Positions 1-13,300 are shown, counted from the first letter of the stretch. The stretch: DNA of 64,000 bases from Thalia democratica (GCA_965202585.1 CBDBBG010000245.1:1-64000); one strand, 5' to 3'. Program-made: numbers and translations. The notes: generated from the letters alone by a model not told the origin.

Positions 1-219
1 AACATAAGACAACTATTAGGTCAATTTACTATTTCTTGTTTTAAAACACTTCGTATCAGTAAAGAGTTTATCGTATTTGCTACCGTAGACTCTTGTAGTA
101 GTCTTGAGTTGTATGTGTACAACATCTTTAAGAATAAATTGGTTTCCGAAGATAATCTACTGAATGACAATTTCAATTTTCCAGCTTACTGTAGTTTTGA
201 AAAGCTTCCCAAACTATAA
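1..219 (+). CDS. 3' end of a Kelch-repeat (KLHL-like) gene, truncated by the window edge
   Basis: Frame 1 is open from base 1 to TAA at 217-219 (NIRQLLGQFTISCFKTLRISKEFIVFATVDSCSSLELYVYNIFKNKLVSEDNLLNDNFNFPAYCSFEKLPKL*). It aligns at DNA level with the 3' end of the Kelch pseudogene at 15.9-16.1 kb. Confidence 0.6.
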   Translation, partial: NIRQLLGQFTISCFKTLRISKEFIVFATVDSCSSLELYVYNIFKNKLVSEDNLLNDNFNFPAYCSFEKLPKL

Positions 220-600
220 AAAAAAACTTAAAAAACACACAGATAATTTCAAATATAAGTTTTGTAAAATTACGTTTTATATTATAAGTGACAATTAAGT
301 TTATTATGATTTTAAATTTTTTTTGTTGTATCGAAATCCTTTTGTTGTAATAAAAACGCTTTAGTAGTAAGTTTCTTTTCATATCGTAATATAGCTAACT
401 TGAACAACTTTTTCTATCACTATTTCTTTTGGAGAATATATTATTATGCAAAATACTTAAATTATTGATGTTTTCTTTTTTATAAAAAGGATTATAATTT
501 GAATTTATTCTTTATTTAATAGATGGGAAATTATTAATTACATCATCGAGATTTCTCATTTCATCATTTCATCAGACTTAAAGCTATTAAAACAATAACT
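1..600 (+). repeat. Segmental duplicate (Kelch 3' end + 3' flank), paralogous to ~15910-16490
   Basis: Shared blocks include taggtcaatttactatt, ttgtatgtgtacaac, taagtgacaattaagttt, cgctttagtagtaagtttctttt and agacttaaagctat. Confidence 0.9.
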
Positions 601-2699
601 TTTCATCTATATAATTTTAAGTCGAAGATAATACTTAAAGACACATAAAATACTATGTTATTAAGTTTGTATTTAAGATTTTTACTTTATTAATGATATT
701 AATCATGCATGTTAGATTATCATCTATAAATCTCTGTTTTTTTAAGTAGTTTTTTTATTTTAATATAATAGTTAAAATTTAAAAAAACGATTTCATTCAT
801 ATAAATTTCACTATAGGTTTTCCATTTTTAAAATTTTAAATGCGTCTTATTATATGTTTACTTTTTAATATACAAACCATTGGATCACTTCTAATATTTA
901 GGTAAAAAAATAACTTAATTTTACTTGAATTTCTATATTCACAAATTTTTATATCAAATCTATTTTTTTGGCCATCGCACAAGAGTGTATAACTGCGTGG
1001 AAAAAAATTAATAAATTTAAGCTTTAAAATAAATTGTTAAATCATAGACCAACATATTACTTACCGAAAAAAATAAAAGTGTTATGAATAATAGTTAAAC
1101 AAATATAATGTATTTCAGCGAGTAATTTTATTAAAAAAAATATCATTAAAAAAAAAATCATTTAGGATAGTTATAAATGTGTAATGAAACTTATGACAAG
1201 TTGAAATTCTAGTAAAATAATTAAAAAATAGCTAGTTATCTTAAACTAGATAATTATTTAAATTTTAAGTAATTTAAATAATTAAATGACTTGTAAATTA
1301 ATTAACAATGAAACTACTATTGTTCAAAAACTTTTTAAACCTTATAAAAATAATTACTCAGAGGTAATAGTAGAAAAGATACATGCAAATTTCATTTCAA
1401 CAATGTTTGTTGGCAAAATAATGTTTTCTATCGTTCGGTAAAAATGTGGACCGAACTTCCAAATAAACTAGTATCTTGCAAAAATCTTGAACATTTTCGA
1501 TTAAAGTTTTAAAAATTTGAATTGAATAGAATATTTACCAGTAAATTTTATGAGTAATTATTTTTGTTTATTTCTTTAACCATTGATTTGGTATGTGGTA
1601 TGTAGTTTATTGGTAGTTTAATTTGTAAGCAAAAACTTCCCCTTATAGATCTTAAGTACATCATATTTTTGTTTTTTTTTGCCGTCTATTGTTAATGTGC
1701 TTGGGGCTTTAGATTCTAAAATTATTGGATGCTCAGTTGATTTGTAAGCTAGATTTGTGAATTGTTGCTGCCACATGTTTGAAGTGATTTTTGACTGAAT
1801 TTGCTGTGGTGAAACTTTGAAAACATGATGAATGGCGAATAATTCTTGAGATCAATGTTCTGCAAGATAAAAATTTCTGTCTAAAGTTGAAAATGAATGC
1901 CGTTTGGAAAATTCTTGTTTGATGAAGAGTGGTTTTCAAGATGGTTCCTAGAATTTCGAGCCAGGTTCTGAAAAATTTGACAAAAGACGCTTGTTTCAAA
2001 GATTTGTTCTTGTGGAATGTACAATTGGAGATTGGTGGCTTTTGAATCGTTGAATATTTTTGTTGTGAAAGTTTGAATTTTTTTAGTTTGTGCCTTGTAT
2101 GGATTTTATGTTTGTTTTAACACTGTAATTTATTTTTTTATTTTTATTTTAGTGTCTTTGAATTTAAGTGGTTTAGGTTTGAATGCCTAGGTCGTTCGTT
2201 TGACAAAAAATTCAATAATAATAAATAACATTAAATACTCTGTATACAAATTATTACAATATTTCATACCAGAACATAAAATTTTATTAATTTTATTAAC
2301 CACGTTTTCGTGGTTTAAAAATAATTAACCTAGAAGTAGGTCGACATATATTTCCATTATTATTTAAATACGAGAAATAAAACAGGCTTTACTTTTTGTA
2401 GCCACGTACGTCACAAGTTAAAAAAGTATTGTTTTTCATCATAGTTTTTATTTAATTTCTGCAATTTGAAATGTTTCATGCATTTTATGTTATAGTTTTA
2501 TTAGTGATTATAACTGTAGCACCACAACAAAAATGTGTTTTAGTTTACATAACAAGCTCTTTATCAAACTTAAGAAAATGTGCTATTTTTAGATTATATT
2601 GTAAAAAATATTTATTTATAAACTGAACTTTTTTTTATTACTATGTAGTTATGTAAATGTTAGTTATTAATATTTCAATTAATGATTAAAACTAGCCTG

Positions 2700-2813
2700 T
2701 GTAGGATAATTAGACTATAGCTCATTTTAGTGTTTATGTTTATACTTGTTTTCTTTTCAGATTTTACATTGTTAATAAATTATTAAACTAAATTGACAAG
2801 GAGTTATTTTTCA
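2700..2813 (+). repeat. 5' LTR
   Basis: TGTAGGATAATTAG...GAGTTATTTTTCA; 112/114 identical to 7196-7309; AATAAA at 2774-2779. Confidence 0.97.
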
Positions 2814-2823
2814 TGTAAAATCT
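2813..2823 (+). promoter_or_regulatory. Primer-binding-site position, self-complementary to LTR 2759-2769 (candidate self-priming site)
   Basis: ATGTAAAATCT is the exact reverse complement of AGATTTTACAT in the LTR; there is no TGG-type tRNA PBS. Confidence 0.65.
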
Positions 2824-2847
2824 TATCAACAATCTGAGAAAAGTAAA

Positions 2848-4209
2848 ATGGTTATAGTAAAGTGCCCAATTCGTGGATGCGAGTTCCAGACGCCAGATCT
2901 ATCCGGTGATGTTGTGAGTAGCCTTCTCAACCTCCACAAAGTGGAGCATCAGCAAAATTCTGAGTTATCCAATATTGGAGTAATGCCAAATGCACCTCAA
3001 TTGATTCGACCAAGGGTTGACCGGGGGATCAGCTAAGAAACATGGCTTGCTTTCATTCGGAGGTGGGAAGCATTCAAGATTGGTTCGAATATAAGCAACC
3101 AAAACGCAAGCATACAGCTTTTTCAGTGTGCGCAGGACAAGCTTGGCGATCTTATGTTAGCAAGTGATCCTCGACTGATGGCCAAATCAGAAAGTTACGT
3201 TGCTAAACTGATGGAGTCGATTGCAGTCATAAAAGTTGCTATTGGTGTAAAGAGAGCAGAACTTATGAACCTACATCAGGACCATGATGAACCGTTCAGA
3301 ACGTTTGCCAAACGTGTACGAAGCAAAGCAGAAACCTGCAATTTCACTACAGTCAGTGAGTGTGACTGTGGGAAAAGCAATGTGACGAGCTACACAGAAG
3401 AAGCAATAAAAGACGTCATGCTCGCTGGCGTTGGGGATGATGACATAAGAAGAGAAGTTCTCAGTACTGAAGATATCTTATCCAGGTCATCATTTGATAT
3501 AATTTCCTTTATTGAAAGTAAAGAAATGGGACGCCATGCAACTGAGAATTCGCGGACCATATCTGCAGTCTCTTCCTTTCAACGTCAGAAGAAGGGACGT
3601 GTCAATATAGGAGATAAGTCCCAACATGTTCCGTGCCAGAACTGTAAAAGGCTTTTCTATCCTTTCAACGAAAAAGGTAACCAAAATAAAAAGCCTTTCA
3701 GATATTGTCTATCTTGTTGGCGTAGTCGATCAAAAAGGGTTAATGCTGTTCAAATCCAAGCTGATCGTTCGGATTTTATGCAACAAGATACCCAAATAAT
3801 GTCACTACACGCAAGTAAAAGAATCATGTTAAATAACACCATATTCAGCAAGAAGTCCTTGCGTAAAGCCAAGGCAACGACTGATCATCCTCGTGCATCA
3901 GTCAAGATTGCTAGACATGGCACAAACAAGTTTGCATGGGTAAGTGCTTTAGCTGATACTGGAGCACAGTCGAACCTTTGGGGGTGGAAAAACTTTCAGG
4001 AGGCTGGTTTTTGTAAGAAGGATTTAATGCCTGTATCCATCACAATTCGGGCTGCCATTAAAATTCCTATTAACATTCTAGGGGCTTTTAAAGCAACTTT
4101 CAGCGGAATGTCTCCAAAGAAGGAGGTTATCAGATGTGATGGAATTGTTTATGTAAGCGATTCAGTGACCGGATTCTTTCTCTCCTATGAAACCATGGTG
4201 ACCTCCTGA
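2848..4209 (+). pseudogene. gag: Retrotransposon Gag + aspartic protease (one original frame, premature TAA at 3034-3036)
   Basis: ORFs 2848-3036 and 3154-4209 are in the same frame. Gag-like AELMNLHQDHDEPFRTFAKRVRSKAETCNF; protease motif ALADTGAQSNLWG. Confidence 0.9.
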
Positions 4210-4775
4210 TTATTAATAAGGATTTTCCCACCATTGGATCTCAACTGCCTCATCAGCATTCTGAAGTTGCTGTAAGTTCAAATGAAAATGATCCGAATAG
4301 ACTGGAATCGCATAAAGATGTGCGCTTTATCACTCCGTTTGGCAGGTTCCCATGTACTAGAGCACCTCAAGGCTTTGTATCATCTGGTGACGGTTACAAT
4401 CGACGATTTGCAGCTATTTTATCTGATTTTGAAAAAAAGGAGAGGTGTGTTGATGACACCATATTTTTTGATTCAGAATTAGAGTGTCACTGGTGGCGAA
4501 CAATAGATTTTCTGTCAAAAGTTGGCAATGCAGGCATCATTCTAAATCCAAAGAAGTTCCAGTTTTGTCAAAAGTCCGTTGACTTTGCTGGATTTAGAAT
4601 TTCTGATGAACGTATAGAACCTTTGCCCAAATATCTGGATTCCATTCGCAATTTCCCAACCCCAAAGTCTGCCACAGATATACGCAGCTGGTTTGGTCTG
4701 ATAAATCAAGTCGCAAATTATGCCAAACTTCGTAAAATCATGGCACCGTTTAGAGATTTTCTCAGTCCAAAATGA
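4200..4775 (+). pseudogene. pol: Reverse transcriptase, C-terminal half only (N-terminal half deleted)
   Basis: FITPFGRF..APQGFVSSGDGYNRRF..RCVDDT..GIILNPKKFQF..VDFAGF..RSWFGLINQV. The upstream RT motifs are absent between the protease linker and FITP. Confidence 0.9.
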
Positions 4776-4819
4776 AAGTTTATGTGGACAGAAAAATTAA
4801 ACCAATCATTTAATGAATC

Positions 4820-5461
4820 ATTGACGCAATAAAGAGCGGTGTTCAAATTTTTGATCTTGGAAAACTGACTTGTCTTAGACCAGACTGGTCAAAGCAAGGA
4901 TTGGGCTACTTCCTTATGCAGAAACACTGCAAATGCAATAGCCGGTTACCAGATTGCTGCACCACCGGCTGGAAAGTGACGCTTGCAGGTTCAAGGTTTC
5001 TGAATGGGGCAGAAAAGAATTATGCTGCCATAGAAGGGGAGTCGCTTGCTATTGCTTGGTCATTAGAACAGACAAAGTATTTCACTAAGGGCTGCAAAGA
5101 TCTTGTGGTTGTTACGGATCATAAACCACTGGTAAAGATTTTTGGTGATCGCACCTTAAACGAAATTCACAACACGCGCATTTTTAGGCTCAAACAACGT
5201 ACTTTGCCATGGTTTTTTCAAGTGCATTACATGCCAGGTAAAACTAATCTATCGGCAGATGATGCATCGCGTTATCCAAGCTCGATTAGTGTAGTTAATT
5301 CATATGATAATGATTTGACTAACGAATCACTTCTAATTGCTTCATTGAGTAATGAAGTATGCCATTCAATGGCAATCACTTGGGAGGAAATTGTAGAAGA
5401 GACACTAAATGACAAAGTTCTTTCAAGAGTATCCAGGTGTATTGAGGAAGGTCGAAGCTAG
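4820..5461 (+). pseudogene. pol: RNase H domain
   Basis: RPDWSKQGLGYFL..YAAIEGESLAIAWSL..VVTDHKPL..ADDASRYP. Small deletion near 4820; stop at 5459-5461. Confidence 0.9.
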
Positions 5462-6866
5462 AAACATGATGAATCTTTGTCAGCGTATTTTAGATACGAT
5501 GATGCATTGTACTTAAGTGATGGGGCTATACTTTACAATGACAGAGTTGTAATCCCCGTCAGTTTACGATATCGGGTCCTCAACAAGTTACACTCGGCGC
5601 ACCAAGGAGTCACATCAATGCATAGTCGTGCCCAACAGATTGTCTTCTGGCCTGGTATTACACAAGACATTGTAGCAATTCAGGCCAATTGTCAAAGCTG
5701 CAACCGCAATTCACCTTCTCAACCATCATTGCCACAAGAAGCATCTGATCCTCCTACAAACCCTTTTGAAAAAATATTCGCAGATTTTTTTCAGTTTGCC
5801 CTAAACAATTTTTTGGTAGTCGGTGACAGGTTGCCGGGTTGGTCGGAAATATTTTCCACACCCAGCGGAACCTCTCAGGCAGGTTCGCGTGGGTTGATTA
5901 AGTGCCTACGAGTTTTGTTTTCCAGGTTTGGAGTACCCGAGGAAATATCGAGTGATGGTGGACCGGAATTTACGTCCAGTGCAACAAAGGAATTTCTTAA
6001 AACCTGGGATGTCACGCATCGAATATCTTCAGCTTACTATCCAAGATCAAACGGCAGAGCGGAAGTAGCCGTCAAACAGGTAAAAAGGTTGCTAAGATCA
6101 AATGTTGACGCTTCAGGAAGTCTGGACAATGACAAGTTTTTAAGTGCGTTGCTCCATCTGAGAAATACTCCTGATAGCGATTGTCAAGTGTCTCCAGCCG
6201 AGATCATATATGGACGTCAGCTGCGAGATAGTTTTTCATTCTTGAACAAACTTGACAAATTCTCCAATCCTAATGTGCGACCCATGTGGAGAAAAGCGTG
6301 GAAGCTTAAAGAAGAGGCGCTCCGTACAAGATTTGTTAAGAATTCTGAAGTACTTAACCAAAGAGCCAGGAATTTGCGGCCTCTCCATGTTGGCAGTAGG
6401 TGTTTACTACAGAACCAGAGTGACACTCATCCACGTAAATGGGACAGAAGCGGAGTGATAATGGAGGTGCTTCCACATGATCAGTATGTAGTCAGAGTTG
6501 ATGGTTCACGGAGACTTACTCGGAGGAACAGAAAATTTTTAAGGATGTACAACCCAGCCTCAACAAGCATTGAAGCAAAAACTTCCCATAGTTGGAGCAG
6601 TAATCTACCAAGCTCACATGAGTGCAATGTTGGTCCTCAACGTCCTGATTCTTCTGTAAAGATTACAGAGGATTCCAGCAGTGCCAATAGTGGTAAAACC
6701 AGTGAGGTTGAAGCGGATCATGAAGAGGTTGAGGAAGAGTACATTCCTGCTCCTATAGTTCCCAAAAAAAAATAAGGTGCCGCTTGCTTTGCGTAGGTTG
6801 AAAGACTTCAATGCGCCAGGGAGGCTTGAAAGTGGAGTACTCCAAAGTAGAAATCACCGTAAGTGA
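5462..6866 (+). pseudogene. pol: Integrase (HHCC-DDE + C-terminal domain)
   Basis: LHSAHQG..CQSC zinc finger; FADFF / ISSDGGPEF / SNGRAEVAVK catalytic motifs. After a +1 shift in the A-run at ~6770 it continues KVPLALRRLKDFNAPG.. to TGA at 6864-6866. Confidence 0.92.
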
Positions 6867-7187
6867 AGTCTGTTTGTTCCTGTTTATACAAAATGTTTGT
6901 GCTGAGTGTTCAATTGATGCTGATAGTGATGATTGCTGAGCCAGGAAGGATTCAGCGTGAAATAGCATGAATTTGTATTGTTTTTGATTTATTTAGTGTG
7001 TTTTATTGCAGTTTTGATTTTCTTCAAATAAATCCCTTGTTTAAAGATTTTTTATTTAAGTCAATTGAGTTTTTTTTTAATGCATAAAATTTAGTTTCAT
7101 CTTAGTAAAATATTTTTGTTACTCGTTTAAATCCCCTCTTGACGAGCTATGTCATTGCCTTAAACTTGTTATTATCTTTAATGAGCT

Positions 7188-7195
7188 GGAGGGGA
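7188..7195 (+). promoter_or_regulatory. Polypurine tract
   Basis: GGAGGGGA immediately upstream of the 3' LTR TG. Confidence 0.85.
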
Positions 7196-7309
7196 TGTAG
7201 GATAATTAGACTATAGCTCATTTTAGTGTTTATGTTTTTACTTGTTTTCTTTTCAGATTTTACATTGTTAATAAATTATTAAACTAAATTGACAAGGAGT
7301 TATTCTTCA
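7196..7309 (+). repeat. 3' LTR
   Basis: Copy of 2700-2813, followed by TSD GCCTG. Confidence 0.97.
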
Positions 7310-10300
7310 GCCTGTTTATTAACAAAAGTTTTTATTGTTATTTAAGCTGCATACATCACAATGGTCTTTAAGTTGTATCCAACTATTTTTCATAATTATA
7401 AGAAAATCAGAAAAAAATATTATATAAATATATATATAAATTACGTAAATTTAATAAATTTTAATTCATAAACTAATAACGTTGTTGAATATATTTAGGT
7501 ACTTAAAGTAATTTAGAAGTGTTTTTATTTTAAGTATCCAATATAATTAAAATTCTAATACAAAACACTGAGCAAAAAGAAATAGACTTAAGGTAACTTT
7601 CACATTATTTTGTATCCGTATTTTTAATAATTAAGTATACCCTTAAATAAAGGAAAATTTAAAATCGACTTATATGAAATAGATAAAATTAGAGTTTTAA
7701 AAGAAAAAAAAAGTTAATGAGAGTAAGAAATAAAAATAAACAAACTTATTAAGTTTATCACCAACATGTACTAAAATTTTTACTGTTGTGAATTTAAAAA
7801 TCAGTAATGTGAAAATTTGTTTTTTTTTTTTAGGAAAACAATACTACTAAAAAATTTAAGTTTTTTAACCACATTTCAGTGGATTTTAAATGACAGATAA
7901 TTCATATGTAAAACTTATAAATAGCAAAGTTGTTACGTGAACAATACCTTTCAGTTTAAGCTTTTTAAGTCACAAAAAAACTAAAATTACTATTTATCTT
8001 TTAAAAGTTTATTTTTTGCATAAAATTTCAAATAAGCTATAATGCTCAATACTTGTTATGAAATTATTTAGAAAAAACTTTAGCTTAGTGGATATATATT
8101 ATTGAAGTTCACTTTTGTAAATATTTAAAAACAAACATTATGTTTTTAAAGTTTGTTTTTAGCCTGAAATTTCAATAAAATTTTAATGTTAAGTTATTGT
8201 AATGAAATGATAAAAAAAACTTTTGCTTAGTGGTAATAATGCCTAAAAATTAACTTTTGTAAAGAGGTTTAAAAACACACAGAAAAAACAAAAGCTTCAA
8301 ACAAAGCTGATAAAAGTCACTTCAAAGAATATTTTTATAATAATTAAACATAAAACTTTGTTTTTGTAAATATTTTTTCAGAAATTAAATAAATCGCAAG
8401 TTCGTAACTTTTTATTTAAATATTTTAATACTTTCTCATTTAAGTATAGATCTAACTTAAATTCAGTAATTTTAAATAGTTAGGTTCAAAGGCTGAAACT
8501 TATGGTTATAAAAATATAATAAATTGTTAACAATCTTAACTTATAGCATTTTGTAGAAAGTTTGTAAAAATTTGGATAAAATCAAATGTTTTAATTATAA
8601 ATTTTTGTATTTGTTTTGCAACATAATTGTTAAAGTGCAAAAAAAGTAATAAACTTTTTAATGACTTAAATATTATTCTATAATTTAGCCACGTTATGTT
8701 GGCTGCTAAAAATCTACTTCTACCGTTTTAAAAACTAGGACATAATGTTAAAATATAATTTAATACATTTTTTAAAAACCTAAAATGATCATTTGCGAGG
8801 TAAATACTGTGACGTTACTATGGTACTTACGGCTTGTTTTTGTGTTTATTTTTGCTACTTAGTGAATAACCAATAACTTGCTTTCTTTTTTTCGTAATAG
8901 TTAAAAAATGAGTTTCAACTATACTAATTATTTATATCATAACCACAATTTTGAGTGCTCACCTTAAGTTAAATAGTACTAGCTTTTGTATTATACAACA
9001 ATAAAAGTAACTTAAAATAAAATAGTTCTATGTTTATCAAGTCAGCTATTTAGGGAAAAAATAGTATTTCAGAATTTGCCTGTAAAAATAATAGTTACAA
9101 TTTTAATTTTAACTCTTTTTTTTAATTAAACTATATTTTAGTGGCTTTTAAACTACAAATTTTACCTCGTTTAGGTTCGAGTTTTCACAGGATATTTTCT
9201 CTTAGCTAATTTATATTTTTTTAATAATATAACAATGAATGTTTGCTATTAACATGACATCACTGCGATTTTGTGGCTTTAGTTAAAATAACATCAAGAA
9301 ACTATTTTAAAACTTTGAATTATTTAAACATGTTAGTATATACTGTAGATTATTCATACTTCTTAGAACTACTCATACAATTTACTTAATATGTAGCTTT
9401 TTTAATTTACCATCATGAAATTTTAATAACTGCTTTTATTAACAATAAAATAATATTAAATAAACAATAGTATATAATGCTTGCTATTTACAATATTTTA
9501 ATATATTTAAAGAATTATATACTTTGATGCTAAAAATATGTCAATACTAAATGGTTTACGTGATTGGAAACTTTTTTGAATTATAATTAATGAATAATTA
9601 CACACTTAAATCTTATTATGTGACAAGTAACTTTTCTGAAGTAGGTTATAATTATTAAGTTAATTGTAACAAGTAGTACTAAAAGAAAGTTCTCACGTAA
9701 AAAAAAGAGTGTTTTTTTTTAATTTATGTTTTAGCAACATTATAATGGCTTTTTCATTTTGAAAAGAAATGGCTTAAATTTATATAAAAAAATCTGTAAT
9801 GAATATTTAGAGGAAAAATAATGTGACGTCACTATGAATTTTAGCGTTCATTTAGGTTTTTGTTTTTATAAAAACAGATAAGCCGTTTTGGTTTTTAGTT
9901 TTTAAACCTTCTAAAAAGCTCATACTTTTCGAAAGTACCAAGCGAGAAGAAAGACTGTTTAGTTTTTAAGCTGTAATAAAGAACATTTGTGTAAAACAAT
10001 ATACTAAAAACCATAATCTGTGTTTACATTATATTAAAAGTATTTAACATTATTTAAGTTTGAATGAAATTGGCATAAGTAAAAAGGAAACCTTAACTAG
10101 TTTTTAATTACAGATTGATTAATAAGATTGATTAATAAGATAAAATATAAAAATACATTTATGTACTAACTAGATAGTATGATGTATATGACTAAAACTG
10201 AACTTAGATGTGTTTATGTTTCATTTGTATTTAACTTAAATTTGATCGAAATACATAAAAAGATTTAAACTTAGAATCAAAGTTGTGATAATTTAGAGTA

Positions 10301-13300
10301 TCTACAGTTTAAAGATGTATCTTAAACAGGTTCTTTGCAAAACAACAAAAAGTAATTTAAATGATTTTTTATAAATTTTCTTATAAATCTTAAAAAAATC
10401 AACTATATAGTTTACAGTAAATTAAATTTTTCATACTAAGACTAATATTTTTTGAAAATGAATACATTTTGTTAAACTACAAAATTGCTAGTTAAATAAG
10501 AGCAGTTTTACTTAACAACTTAAATTTGTATATAATATAGGTTTAAACGAAAACTAATAGTAGCTCTTTTTGAAGTATACCAAAAATAAAATAACTTTTT
10601 GAGATACAGGTAAAACTAGATAAACATTAGCAGAATTGTATTGATAGTTTTAGCCACTTTTTAGTAGCTTTTAAATCGGTCGTTTAGCGACTGAAATGGA
10701 AACAGAGTCATTTATACTTTGAAAGCAAATTAATATAAAAGAAATGCTGCAAAAAACGTTTGTGGTAAGAATAGTGTGACGTCACTACGAGGTTTATCGT
10801 TTTTGATTTGGTTATTAATTTTTGTTTATCATTAGTTTTCCACCTACGTGAAACTATTTATTAAATACTTTTTTTATCTAATACTATTTGTTTTTAGTAT
10901 AAACTCTATTTATTTGCTATCCATTAAAAATTCAACCAAATTTTCTTATTATCTACATTACAAAAAAAAAAGCATATTTTGCAACATATTAGTAAATGAA
11001 CAAATATATTTTCTACATAAAAATGATTTACTTATGTACAAAATATTTAATATTTCAATAAAGTGTTTATTACAAGTGATATTTTTATTAATCTCATTAA
11101 TGGAGTGAAATTTTTTTTTTATTAATAAGTTTACGAATTAACAATCTTGTAATTTTTAATAATTATTTTCTGATTTTTTTTTCCTTAGCTTTAATTTCCT
11201 TAGTTGTAATTCAAAGTCACTATGTTTAAATGAAGTCTAAATCTTTACTTGATTAGGCAAGTTGAAATGTTTTCAGATATTTATAATTTTTGGTAATTAT
11301 GAAAAACAAGTTATACTTGTACTAACTGTTGATAGACTTGTACATTTTTTATAACCATATTTATAATAAAGTCTAATTCATTACTTTATTAGGCAAATTG
11401 AAATAGGTTTAAGATCATTAAAATTTTTTTTAATCATAAAAAAGCAGTTATCTTGTACTAACTGAAAATAGATTTATAGAATTTTGCAACCACATTTTAA
11501 TGGTTATTAAATAAAAATGCAGCCGGATGGCAGAATGATACAAATCTACAAAAAATTAACAATATGTATATATTAGAAAATGAAACATGGATTTGCTTTT
11601 TGTAGGCAATTACGTCACAAGAAGTAAAACAATTATTTAGAATTTTGTTATTAGCCCTAACATTTATGCTAATTAACACTGTTATACAGACAAGAATAAT
11701 AACTTTTTGACTTAAAACACAATATTAAAAAAAAAGAATATCACAGCATTTACAATTCGAACATTGTCACATAACATTAAGAATAGAACGCACTATGTAT
11801 TTTTGGTTTATATTACCAGCAATTCCTTCTTAAATCATTTATATTGTTAAACGTAGTTAGAACTTGATTAGAAAATCCAGTTAAAGTAGTTACTGTATTT
11901 TTTAGTTTAACTAATCATAATAAAAAAACTTAAAACAAAATTGACTTCATCTACTTTTATTTTGTTTTTGGATAATAATAATCGATTTTAAATGTGAATC
12001 TTCAACAACTATCGACAATATCAAGATAATGAAGATTAATTTTAATGGAAATGGTAAAAGAAAATATAATATGTATTGCTGCTTGTATTCAATTACAACG
12101 CAAGTAGCTTTTTTTTTTACTGTCTTAATTTCTGAATTTAATTTTACTAAGCATAAAAATACACACTAAAATAGTTGTTTTAATTTTATTTTGAAACTTA
12201 ACATTTTTTTTTATTTTGTTTCAATAATATATTTAAAGTTAATTTTTATATAAGTATTAACATTCTATGGATTGGTTCTCACTTTTAAGAAGATAAAACA
12301 ACATTACTATTTATTTTAGTTTAATAACTGTACTTATATGTATTACTGTTTAATAAAATTTCATAAAAACAAAAACCTCATAGCTTTTTACTAAACGGAG
12401 TTGTTATAAGGAAAGTAATATTTGTTAGCCAAAGCCATATCTTTCTACCACAATATATTTAATAAAACATAGAAACTTCACAAAAATAAATATAATAAAC
12501 ATTAAAACTTATTGTTGCAAAACTTTTAACTTGGTGATGTGACGTCAGTTGAATTGAAGCAATATTTTATGATAACTTTTATTTACACTTTAATTTTAGT
12601 TCAGAACACTTTTAGGTCAAATATTTGCAACTGTTTTTACACTTTTTATAACATTAAAGAACCTAAAAGTATACTAAAAATTGACAGCTTAAAAACTTTA
12701 TTTTTATTTTTTAGTAGTGACTAAAAAACTTGGTAAACATAGCATTAGATTAAAGACTTTACTAGATTATAAACTTAATCATATTACTCAAAAATAGTTT
12801 AACAACAACCATGATTATGGTAACAAAAAAAAACTGATGCAAAATTAATTAATTGTTTTATAAAATATATTAAAAGAGGAAATAAAAGTAATTTAAATAA
12901 TTATTTTACTAGTTTTTACATTCTAAAAACTTAAATAAAAGAAACTTCATATCTTTGAATTTTACACCAGTTGTTAAAATAGTTGCTGTTGTATAAAATG
13001 AGAAAGAATTATTTTATTTATATTAATTTTTTATAGTTTTTATACAAACACTCCGTATAATACTGGTTAATTAAATTTGATTAAAAACTTGAGTATTATA
13101 ACATTTATAAGTTTATAAATAAAACTAGCGTTTATTGATTTAAAAAAATTACGTTTTAAGTAGCAAAATTCTATTATTTATTATTGTCCAATTTTCATGC
13201 TGTTTTGTCGATTAAATTTGTATTCAAGTATTTTTTTTACTTATTAAGTATTTTATTTAATATTTTCTTTAGACGTTTTATATCTTAGTTTTATTGCATT

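Larger units (their letters stand above)
2700..7309 (+). mobile_element. Ty3/Gypsy LTR retrotransposon, full-length but defective
   Basis: Two 114-bp TG...CA LTRs (2 mismatches), 5-bp TSD GCCTG (2695-2699 and 7310-7314), PPT, and gag-PR-RT-RH-IN domain order. Confidence 0.97.

Noticed and set aside
173-382. Short AT-rich ORFs from the track (173, 10848, 11497, 12539, 16580, 18904, 43190, 43204, 46870, 55266, 59439, 60470, 60523 etc.)
   Set aside because: Low-complexity I/F/K/L/N-rich translations typical of random AT-rich DNA; some span the N gap or lie antisense to real features.
1680-2060. ORF 1733-1999 (-) in a strand-skewed patch
   Set aside because: Possibly a decayed LINE 3' fragment, but no recognisable motif in any frame; not annotated.
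8015-11460. Local ~125-140 bp tandem duplications (8015-8280 and 11200-11460)
   Set aside because: Two-copy degenerate duplications inside spacers of the old array, with no further structure.
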